Made by a program: the position numbers and the translations under genes. From positions 1-25,308 of IMG/VR virus record IMGVR_UViG_3300050330_000015: a stretch of 25,308 nt of DNA; one strand, given 5' to 3'. The notes under the pieces are model-generated. The model had not been told where the DNA came from. It did not search any database and was given only the letters and a program-made list of their open reading frames with translations. The first letter of the stretch is position 1; each line of letters begins with the position of its first letter. Positions 17,590 through 23,970 of the stretch are shown here, piece after piece. This DNA is from a virus. Taxonomy: Duplodnaviria; Caudoviricetes.

Positions 17590-18656
17590 TGCGATTCCAT
17601 GTCGTTTCCCTTCCGCACACCAACACCACGGCCGACTTCCCCTCTTGTGCGTTTACCCAAAAGGTCGTTCGGTTCGCGAAGATGATGATGGATCTCGGGC
17701 ACGAGGTCTTTCTCTACGCCGGCGAGGCGAATGAGGCGCCGTGCGCCGAGCATGTGCCGTGCATCTCCGAGCGCCGCCGCGCCGAGATGGTCGGCCTGAA
17801 GCACTATACCGAGGCCGATTGGTCGCATCCGCACTGGCGGGGCTTCTGCGCCAACGTGATCGGCCAGATGCACGAGCGGATCGAGCCGCAGGACTTCATC
17901 TGCCTGATCGGCGGCCACGCGCATAAGCCGGTCGCCGACGCCTTCCCGAAGCATATCAGCGTCGAGTTCGGCATCGGCTATGCCGGCACCTTCGCCATGT
18001 ACCGGGTGTTCGAAAGCTACGCATGGATGCACACCGTCTATGGTGCGCAGACGGGCGGCAATGCCGGCGCCGCCGACGGCCAATGGTACGACGCGGTCAT
18101 TCCGAACCAGATCGAGGATGGGCTGTACGACCTCTCTCGCGAGCGCGGAGACTATGCCCTCTATGTCGGACGGCTGATCGACCGCAAGGGCTATCGCATC
18201 GCGCAGGAGGTCTGCCAGGCCAAGGGCGTCGAGCTGATCCTCGCCGGTCCCGGCCGTGACCGCGGCAACGGCTATGGCCGCTTCGTCGGCGAGGTCGGCG
18301 CGAAGGACCGCGCCACGCTGATGGCCGGGGCGGCCTGCCTGTTCGCGCCGACCGTCTATGTCGAGCCGTTCGGCACGGTGACGATCGAGGCGATGGCCTG
18401 CGGCACGCCGGTGATCTGCTCCGACTGGGGCGCCTTTACCGAGACGGTGGAGCAGGGCGTGCACGGCTTCCGGTGCCGGTCGTTCGCGGAGTTCTGCGCC
18501 GCCTTGGATCGGGTCGGCAGCCTCGATCATCGCCGCATCCGCGATGACGCGCATCGGCGGTTTTCCATGGCGACCGTGAGCCGCCAGTACGAGGACTATT
18601 TCAGGCGGCTTTCGTCCCTGTGGGGCAAGGGCTGGTATGCGGAGGCGGCGGCATGA
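17589..18656 (+). CDS. Glycosyltransferase, GT-B fold family 4
   Basis: True start is probably ATG 17589, overlapping the collagen stop (TAATG); LYVGRLIDRKG and EPFGTVTIEAMACGTPVI (E-x7-E) signatures. Confidence 0.92.
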   Translation: MRFHVVSLPHTNTTADFPSCAFTQKVVRFAKMMMDLGHEVFLYAGEANEAPCAEHVPCISERRRAEMVGLKHYTEADWSHPHWRGFCANVIGQMHERIEPQDFICLIGGHAHKPVADAFPKHISVEFGIGYAGTFAMYRVFESYAWMHTVYGAQTGGNAGAADGQWYDAVIPNQIEDGLYDLSRERGDYALYVGRLIDRKGYRIAQEVCQAKGVELILAGPGRDRGNGYGRFVGEVGAKDRATLMAGAACLFAPTVYVEPFGTVTIEAMACGTPVICSDWGAFTETVEQGVHGFRCRSFAEFCAALDRVGSLDHRRIRDDAHRRFSMATVSRQYEDYFRRLSSLWGKGWYAEAAA

Positions 18657-19132
18657 AAATCGCGCTCATTTTCGCAGCGACCAATGCGGTGCTGCAGGTC
18701 TGGTCTCTCTCCGAGGGCGAAGAAGAACTGGCGATCCGGTACACGCTGCCGGACGGCAATCAGCTCTCGCCGATCAAGCCCGGCTGGGCGAAAAACGGCT
18801 ATTCCATCGTTGCCGTCACCGAGTTCGAGGTGCCGGAAGGCAAGGTCACGAAGGGGCCACCGTCCTATGCGCTGGTGGATGGCGAGGTGGTCGAGACCTA
18901 CACCGTCGAGGACAAGCGACCGATGGTGCGCAAGAGCACCGTGCAGGCCCGGTTGATCGCCGCCGGGAAGATGGGTGACGCCTATGCCGCGCTGACCACG
19001 AATGCGGATCATTTCGCCCGGTGGTTTGCGCCGGATCAGCCGCGCGTCTACTGCGACGATGCGGATTCGGTTGCGTTTCTTGTGGCGCTCGGCCTCGATC
19101 CCGAGGTCTTTCTGAAACAGGAGGAAATGTGA
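18653..19132 (+). CDS. Hypothetical tail-fibre-associated (assembly-type) protein
   Basis: GGAGG RBS, ATGA overlap with the GT stop; 159 aa; C-terminal 'VRKSTVQARL..AGK...A...L' helical region. Confidence 0.6.
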   Translation: MKIALIFAATNAVLQVWSLSEGEEELAIRYTLPDGNQLSPIKPGWAKNGYSIVAVTEFEVPEGKVTKGPPSYALVDGEVVETYTVEDKRPMVRKSTVQARLIAAGKMGDAYAALTTNADHFARWFAPDQPRVYCDDADSVAFLVALGLDPEVFLKQEEM

Positions 19133-19545
19133 TGTTCCTTGTTGCCCCGCCGTTCTTCAAGGTCGCGTCGGGCTTCGTGGCGCCGTCGCGGACGCTGACG
19201 GCGAAGAGCTTTTACCCGAGTGGGCTCTACGGATACATCCGGCCTGGCGGCATATCCGCAGGGGTGTTCGGGGATTCAGGCGGGACGCTTTCCGGCACGA
19301 TGCTGACAGGCTGGACGACAGATATAATTATTCAGGAATCTGGTTCTTGGGCGATATCACTCGGCTTTGTCGGCAACGCCGTTACTGCTCTAGCCGGTTG
19401 CACCGGGCTCAAAGTCAACTCGACCGTGTGTCCGATCTCTTCATCGGCCGTTTATGACGGTGATACCGGTGTGACAGGTTTGAGTTTCGACGGCTCGGCC
19501 ATCCACATGGCCGCCTCCACCGACTACACCGTGCAACTGGTATAG
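19132..19545 (+). CDS. Small Gly/Ser/Thr-rich beta-type protein, candidate fibre-tip adhesin
   Basis: GGAGG RBS, TGATG overlap at 19130-19134; 137 aa; more A/T-ending codons than its neighbours; last gene of the tail block. Confidence 0.6.
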   Translation: MFLVAPPFFKVASGFVAPSRTLTAKSFYPSGLYGYIRPGGISAGVFGDSGGTLSGTMLTGWTTDIIIQESGSWAISLGFVGNAVTALAGCTGLKVNSTVCPISSSAVYDGDTGVTGLSFDGSAIHMAASTDYTVQLV

Positions 19546-19551
19546 GCGCGC

Positions 19552-19624
19552 AAAAACCCGGCCGCAGAATGGCGCTCGGGGAAGCTTGCGGCCGGGAAGG
19601 TTGTCGGAGTGAGTTACTGACAAC
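19552..19624 (-). ncRNA. Candidate sRNA unit 1
   Basis: TTGCAC(19660-19655)-N18-TATTCT(19636-19631); hairpin GTTGTC/GACAAC; 10-bp stem 19557-19566/19587-19596; followed by TTTTT, i.e. an intrinsic terminator. Confidence 0.6.
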
Positions 19625-19672
19625 GCGGGAAGAATAGCCGAAGATGGCGCGCGCGTGCAAGGGATGGAGGGG

Positions 19673-19740
19673 GCCCGGCCGCAGGAGACAGCCCAGAGTG
19701 GAGCATACGGCCGGGCGTGCTGTCGTCTGCACATGACAGC
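19673..19740 (-). ncRNA. Candidate sRNA unit 2
   Basis: TTGATT(19775-19770)-N16-TAATAT(19753-19748); hairpin GCTGTC/GACAGC; 11-bp stem with one G-U. Confidence 0.6.
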
Positions 19741-19780
19741 GGCGGCCATATTACGGCGGATATGGAGACAATCAAGAGAT

Positions 19781-19847
19781 GCCCAGCCGCCAATCTGAAG
19801 TGGCATGCGACCGGCGGCAGGGCTACTGCCACTAGGCGGGCGGCAGC
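19781..19847 (-). ncRNA. Candidate sRNA unit 3
   Basis: TTGAAA(19882-19877)-N16-TAATCT(19860-19855); hairpin CTGCCGC/GTGGCAG; stem 19781-19791/19813-19823. Confidence 0.6.
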
Positions 19848-19886
19848 GTCCAGCAGATTATGCCGGCTGTCCCGGATTTCAAGGGG

Positions 19887-19958
19887 TGCCCGGCCGCCCC
19901 AAGGAGGGTGGCCGTTCGAAGGCAGCCGGGCAGTGCCGCCGTCTTCCACTACGACAGC
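19887..19958 (-). ncRNA. Candidate sRNA unit 4
   Basis: TTGAAT(19992-19987)-N16-TAAGCT(19970-19965); hairpin GCTGTC/GACGGC; 12-bp stem with one G-U; loop contains CCCTCCTT. Confidence 0.6.
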
Positions 19959-19998
19959 GCAACCAGCTTAGCCTGCCGAGGCCGACATTCAAGGTGAG

Positions 19999-20068
19999 AT
20001 CCCGGCTACCGGTCAAAGGGTCGCAGACAGGTAGCCGGGATTGCTGCTCAGTGCCCCCTCCGAGCAGC
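19999..20068 (-). ncRNA. Candidate sRNA unit 5 (promoter degenerate)
   Basis: Perfect 12-bp stem ATCCCGGCTACC/GGTAGCCGGGAT; hairpin GCTGCTC/GAGCAGC; the upstream region has CTGCAC and an extra hairpin in place of a good -10. Confidence 0.5.
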
Positions 20069-20109
20069 GCTATCGGCGCAGCCGATAGAGCCTCTCGTGC
20101 AGGCCGAGA

Positions 20110-20177
20110 CCCGGTCGTCGGCGTTTGGCTGACACGGGGGGTGTCCCGACGGCCGGGCTGCTGCCTGCGACGACAGC
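20110..20177 (-). ncRNA. Candidate sRNA unit 6
   Basis: TTGCCC(20213-20208)-N18-TAGGTT(20189-20184); hairpin GCTGTC/GGCAGC; stem 20110-20121/20146-20157. Confidence 0.5.
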
Positions 20178-20240
20178 TTCCGTAACCTATGCTGGCCAGT
20201 TGAGGTTGGGCAATTACCTCAATAGGATAGCCGGGAGGGG

Positions 20241-20354
20241 CTAGACGAACGGCCATGCCACCATGGCGCAGGCCCCGACAATCGCCGCTGCGATCATCCA
20301 GCCTGTCGGGTGCCTCTCCCACGGATAGGGCGCCCGCTCCCAATTGTAACGCAT
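20241..20354 (-). CDS. 37-aa single-transmembrane peptide
   Basis: MRYNWERAPYPWERHPTGWMIAAAIVGACAMVAWPFV; GGGAGG RBS 9 nt before the ATG; own promoter upstream. Confidence 0.6.
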   Translation of the reverse strand: MRYNWERAPYPWERHPTGWMIAAAIVGACAMVAWPFV

Positions 20355-20383
20355 GTGACTGACCTCCCGCACGTAAAGCGGGA

Positions 20384-20413
20384 AAGTTAGCCAGCCACGT
20401 TCCGCCGCGTCAA
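20384..20413 (-). promoter_or_regulatory. Sigma70-like promoter for the 37-aa peptide gene
   Basis: TTGACG(20413-20408)-N18-TAACTT(20389-20384). Confidence 0.5.
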
Positions 20414-20450
20414 CGGCGCTGCCTGCATCATCCACTGAAAGGACATCATC

Positions 20451-21326
20451 ATGGACCGCGCGAAGTTCTTCGCCGCATTGCGTTCGCGCGACTGCGGCCT
20501 GTTCGGCACGTCCCTGTCTCAGGGGCAGGTGGCAACCCTCGACCTCATGATAGACGAGGGTGAACGGCGTGGCCTGCCGCTGACGCATCTGTCCTATGTC
20601 ATGGCCACGCCATACCACGAGGTCGGATCGAGCCTCCAGCCGAAGTCGGAGAACCTGACCTACACCAGCGCGGCTCGTATCCGGGCGGTGTGGCCGTCCA
20701 GGTTTAAGTCGGACGCGGCGGCGATCCCATATGTCCGCAACCCGCAGCCGCTCGCCAATCTGGTCTATGGCGGACGGCTCGGCAACTCGGCTCCCAACGA
20801 CGGCTGGACCTATCGGGGCAGGGGCCTTTGCCAGATCACCGGCAAGGACAACTATACCCGGTTCGGCAACCTGCTCGGCATCGACCTGGTCAGGAGTCCG
20901 GACAAGGCCATGCAGCCCGATGTGGCCGTGGCGATCCTGTTCGAAGGCATGATCTTCGGCCTGTTCACCGGCAAGAAGCTCGCTGACTACCTCAATGCCA
21001 CGGCGACCGACTATCGCGGGGCGCGGGCGATTATCAATGGCGATGTGGCAGCAAACGGTGCCAGGATCGCGGGCTATGCCAAGGCGTTCGAGGCGGCGCT
21101 GAAGCAGGCCGGGTATTCGAGCCAGAAGCCGCAGCCGCTCCCGCCTGCCAAACCTGCGGAGGCCTCGAAGCCTGCGCTGGCCACACCGCAGCCCGCACCC
21201 GTCCCGCCAGCCCCGGCGCCACAATCCCCTCCCGCCACGCCCGCGCCGCAGGCATCGAAGCGCGGCGGCCTGCTGGCGCTGATCCTCTCCATCTTCGCAA
21301 GACTGTTCGGCCGCAAAGGAGCCTGA
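20451..21326 (+). CDS. Endolysin, glycoside hydrolase family 19-like
   Basis: [14 protein letters not shown] and [15 protein letters not shown] motifs; AAGGA RBS; Pro-rich linker and amphipathic C-terminus. Confidence 0.9.
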   Translation: MDRAKFFAALRSRDCGLFGTSLSQGQVATLDLMIDEGERRGLPLTHLSYVMATPYHEVGSSLQPKSENLTYTSAARIRAVWPSRFKSDAAAIPYVRNPQPLANLVYGGRLGNSAPNDGWTYRGRGLCQITGKDNYTRFGNLLGIDLVRSPDKAMQPDVAVAILFEGMIFGLFTGKKLADYLNATATDYRGARAIINGDVAANGARIAGYAKAFEAALKQAGYSSQKPQPLPPAKPAEASKPALATPQPAPVPPAPAPQSPPATPAPQASKRGGLLALILSIFARLFGRKGA

Positions 21327-21327
21327 C

Positions 21328-21531
21328 ATGACCAGCGTCATCGTGCGCATCGCCCTGCGCTATCTCGCGGCGGTCCTCGTTGCCCGAGGCTTTCTTGACC
21401 CCGATGGCGGCTCTTTGCTCGGCGGCGATCCCGATGTAGCGGCGCTGGTTGAAGCCGGCGTCGGCATTGCTTGCGGTGTCGTGGCCGAGGGCTGGTACTG
21501 GATTGCCCGCCGCATGGGCCGGGAGACCTGA
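21328..21531 (+). CDS. Putative holin (67 aa, two hydrophobic segments)
   Basis: AAGGAG RBS; IVRIALRYLAAVLVARG...EGWYWIARR; directly after the endolysin. Confidence 0.65.
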   Translation: MTSVIVRIALRYLAAVLVARGFLDPDGGSLLGGDPDVAALVEAGVGIACGVVAEGWYWIARRMGRET

Positions 21532-21532
21532 C

Positions 21533-21778
21533 ATGGAGGCCCTTCTGTCCCTCGTGCTCGGCAAGGCGGGCGGCTATCTGGTCGGCGCCGGGGCTATCCT
21601 CATCGCCTTCATCGCGACGTACGTTCGCGGCCGTCTCTCCGGCGCCAAGCTGGAGCGGCAGAAGCACGCCGCCGAAGATGCCCGAGCCCGCGATATCCGC
21701 GACCAGGTGGACAATGACATCGGCGCCATGCCGGCCGACGCGGCGCGCAAGGAACTGGGCAAATGGGCAAGACGCTGA
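21533..21778 (+). CDS. Putative inner-membrane spanin (Rz-like)
   Basis: GGAG RBS, ATG 21533; N-terminal TM segment followed by a charged helical region; 3' end overlapped by a lipoprotein gene. Confidence 0.7.
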   Translation: MEALLSLVLGKAGGYLVGAGAILIAFIATYVRGRLSGAKLERQKHAAEDARARDIRDQVDNDIGAMPADAARKELGKWARR

Positions 21779-21951
21779 TCTTCGTTGCCTTGTTGGCGCT
21801 CGCCGGCTGCCAGACGGTCAAAGGCTCGTTCTGCGCCGTCGCCAGTCCGATCCGGCCTTCGGCAGAGACAATCGCCACCATGACCGACGCGGAGGTCCGC
21901 GACGTGCTGGCTCACAATCGCAAGGGGGCGGCGCTATGTGGCTGGAAATGA
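21763..21951 (+). CDS. Putative outer-membrane spanin (Rz1-like lipoprotein)
   Basis: MGK + hydrophobic + LAGC lipobox; two further Cys; overlaps the Rz-like gene. Confidence 0.75.
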   Translation: MGKTLIFVALLALAGCQTVKGSFCAVASPIRPSAETIATMTDAEVRDVLAHNRKGAALCGWK

Positions 21952-22025
21952 CCGACCTAGCCCTGATCCTCGGCGGCATCGCCCTGCTCGCCATCGTCAT
22001 CTACACCGCCATGAGGCCGCTATGA
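21948..22025 (+). CDS. 25-aa hydrophobic peptide
   Basis: MTDLALILGGIALLAIVIYTAMRPL; ATGA overlaps at both ends (21948-21951, 22022-22025). Confidence 0.55.
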   Translation: MTDLALILGGIALLAIVIYTAMRPL

Positions 22026-22252
22026 GCGAAGCAAATCGGTTTGACGATCTCCCGCAGAAGACCAAGGACTTCCTCATGGGCCTGCGCCCCGACGAGGTGG
22101 AAACCCTTGGCGACGGTATCCGTCTGGTCAACTCGATCCGAACGGTCGGCAACTTCGTCAAGTGGCTGATCGTCGGCATCCTCGGGCTTGCCCTTGGCAC
22201 CGTCATGTTCGGGGAGAGCGTGGCGAAGATACTGGCGTGGTTCCGGGGGTGA
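22022..22252 (+). CDS. Small membrane protein (76 aa, C-terminal TM), lysis-cassette associated
   Basis: GAGG RBS and ATGA overlap; MSEANRFDDLP...FVKWLIVGILGLALGTVMFG. Confidence 0.7.
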   Translation: MSEANRFDDLPQKTKDFLMGLRPDEVETLGDGIRLVNSIRTVGNFVKWLIVGILGLALGTVMFGESVAKILAWFRG

Positions 22253-22443
22253 ACCTACGGCGCCCCTGGCGTCGTCCCATATCGACCACCGAGCTATGCT
22301 TCCGCAACGTCTTCGCGATGATGGGCGAGGAGCGCCAGGAAGACCTGATCGCGAGTTACGCGAAGAAGTATCACTGCGGACGGCAGGAGGCGATGAGACG
22401 CGCACTGGAGCAGCGCGATCGGGATGCGCGAAGCTGGCGGTGA
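22249..22443 (+). CDS. Small hypothetical protein (64 aa)
   Basis: GTGA overlap with the previous stop; helical charged sequence; could alternatively start at 22318. Confidence 0.45.
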   Translation: MNLRRPWRRPISTTELCFRNVFAMMGEERQEDLIASYAKKYHCGRQEAMRRALEQRDRDARSWR

Positions 22444-22461
22444 GGCGCCGTGATGGGCCGG

Positions 22462-22489
22462 AAACGAAAGCCCTCGGCCGGAGCCGAGG
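22462..22489 (-). terminator. Probable intrinsic terminator between the convergent lysis and TA operons
   Basis: CCTCGGC-4nt-GCCGAGG stem (22472-22489) followed on the minus strand by CTTTCGTTT. Confidence 0.5.
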
Positions 22490-22493
22490 CGGA

Positions 22494-22877
22494 TCATCGA
22501 TGCGTACGGATGGTGGCTTTCCCAATGACCACGAGCAGCCTTTCGCAACTACCATCTGCCACCTTGGTCCACTCGTGCTCTAGAAGCGATAGCGCCGCTT
22601 CCATCCTGGCTGCGTAGTTGGGCTTTTCGCACTCGAAGCGCACCAATCCGAGCTTCTTGAACCGCGCTTTCGTGATGCCGTGACCCTTGGCGAGCATTTT
22701 CATGTCGTGGTCGCCGGCGATCAGGATGGCGTCATGAGATTCTGCGGCGGCACAAACGACAGGATCTGGCGTGCCCTTGGCGAGCCCGCTGTTGTTGAAA
22801 CGAATCGTCTCATGACCGCCCCGTTCGAGAACGCTGCCAACCGATACCGGAACCCCCTCATCCAGTAAGAATTTCAT
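22494..22877 (-). CDS. DUF5615 / PIN-like (VapC45-type) toxin
   Basis: MKFLLDEGVP..V...L...GH, 'GTPDP.V...A......ILI..D.D' motifs; ATGA-coupled to the DUF433 gene. Confidence 0.88.
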   Translation of the reverse strand: MKFLLDEGVPVSVGSVLERGGHETIRFNNSGLAKGTPDPVVCAAAESHDAILIAGDHDMKMLAKGHGITKARFKKLGLVRFECEKPNYAARMEAALSLLEHEWTKVADGSCERLLVVIGKATIRTHR

Positions 22878-23518
22878 GCAGCGTTGCGCTTGTCCTCGAA
22901 TGCTATAGCGGCTTCCACATCAGCCCTTTCGAGCGATGGATATTCCTGCAGGATTTGGTCCACGGAATAACCGGCGTCGGCAAATTCCTTAATGGCGGAC
23001 ACGGGTATCCGAGTGCCGGCAATGACAGGCCTGTTGCCGACGATACCGCGAGTTCGCTCGATCTGCCCGATCTCGTCGCCGCCGCGCTTGTTCATTTCCC
23101 GAATGCGTTCGCGCATGCCGCCAACGATTATCCTCAGTGGGATTTGGAAAACCTCTTGGCCAGAGCCTGCCTCATGCCGCGTTTCGTCATCGCGCTGGAT
23201 GACGACCTTTTTGCCGAGGAGATAAAGGGTGCTCTTGACCCACTTATCCTCGCCAAGGTGCGACAGGTCGGTTTTTACCTCACGCAGATGATCCATGCCG
23301 ACGCGAGTGTCATTGCGCAGTTGGTTGAGCACCTTGAGAGAAAGGAGGTCTCTGAACGAATAGAGCCGGGTGTAGGCGCCGCTTTCACCGCTCGAAACGC
23401 TGGGCGAGAAAAAGCCGTCGCGATCCCAAGTCGCGAGTTGACGCCGACTCACTCCGGTCAGGCGGGATGCCTGATCGACCGTGAAAAGCGCAATTACATT
23501 TTCGCCCGCTTCGTTCAT
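22874..23518 (-). CDS. MerR-type HTH + DUF433 antitoxin (VapB45-type)
   Basis: FTVDQASRLTGVSRRQLATWD..RLYSFRDL HTH; GNRPVIAGTRIPV..GYSVDQILQEYPSL..DVEAAIAF DUF433 motif. Confidence 0.9.
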   Translation of the reverse strand: MNEAGENVIALFTVDQASRLTGVSRRQLATWDRDGFFSPSVSSGESGAYTRLYSFRDLLSLKVLNQLRNDTRVGMDHLREVKTDLSHLGEDKWVKSTLYLLGKKVVIQRDDETRHEAGSGQEVFQIPLRIIVGGMRERIREMNKRGGDEIGQIERTRGIVGNRPVIAGTRIPVSAIKEFADAGYSVDQILQEYPSLERADVEAAIAFEDKRNAA

Positions 23519-23681
23519 ACTGCCATTGTAGCGCGCTTGACCGTTAAGAATATGGCCCTCAGGATCAATTCTTTTGTTACGTCAAGCCCCCAGTCCCCTC
23601 AATTCAACGCCGCCTTTATTCGCCTGCCGCCCCGCTTCCGTCAGCCCTAATCCGGCAGTAGCTAGGCCTCCCCTCCGATTG

Positions 23682-23861
23682 TCACCCCTTGGCGATAGGC
23701 TTCTTCAGCGCCAGCGCCGCGTCCCTCTCCAGTATCTGGCCCATGACATCGGCCACCGCTTTGAGCAAGCGCCGGATTTCCTCGGGGCTCAATGTCTCGA
23801 TATGATCTGCAGCGTCCAGAACGTTGACGAGCAGATCGACACCTCTCTGATGCAACTGCAT
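23682..23861 (-). CDS. 59-aa hypothetical protein not in the ORF track
   Basis: GGAGGAGG RBS then ATG at 23861; MQLHQRGVDLLVNVLDAADHIETLSPEEIRRLLKAVADVMGQILERDAALALKKPIAKG-stop. Confidence 0.65.
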   Translation of the reverse strand: MQLHQRGVDLLVNVLDAADHIETLSPEEIRRLLKAVADVMGQILERDAALALKKPIAKG

Positions 23862-23970
23862 CGTCTCGCCTCCTCCTGACGAGCCCCGCCTCCCATGTTG
23901 GCGATGAAATCACGCAGCGGGATCATGCACAAGCCGGAACCTCTGGCCGCCGGTCGAGTTGAGTCCGGCC

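Larger units (their letters stand above)
19552..20213 (-). repeat. Array of six degenerate ~110-bp units (promoter - hairpin - conserved stem with variable loop); candidate sRNA array
   Basis: Stems CCCGGCCGC/CCCGGCCGC/CCCAGCCGC/CCCGGCCGC/CCCGGCTAC/CCCGGTCGT begin at 19557, 19674, 19782, 19889, 20001, 20110 (spacing 117, 108, 107, 112, 109), each with its inverted partner, a second hairpin, and a TTG-type element on the minus strand (CTG in unit 5). Confidence 0.85.

Noticed and set aside
19552-20213. CRISPR array interpretation of the periodic region
   Set aside because: Repeats are degenerate, the variable segments lie inside stems, the period is ~110 bp, and no cas genes are in the window
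19552-20213. Simple cluster of rho-independent terminators or host REP elements
   Set aside because: Only unit 1 has a U tract; the loops of 19-24 nt are too long; the fixed-register promoter motifs and second hairpins are unexplained. Not fully excluded without a genome-wide search
14053-20213. Diversity-generating retroelement or invertible tail-fibre cassette
   Set aside because: No reverse transcriptase or invertase gene, and no template/variable repeat pair seen
19415-20343. ORF-track entries across the array (e.g. 19441-19806, 19717-19971, 19805-20185, 19879-20343)
   Set aside because: Mutually overlapping, Arg/Pro/Ala-rich, no convincing RBS or codon bias; the region is better explained by RNA structure and promoter motifs
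20355-21350. 369-aa minus-strand ORF 20241-21350
   Set aside because: Antisense to the endolysin; only the last 37 codons have an RBS and promoter and are kept as a separate small gene
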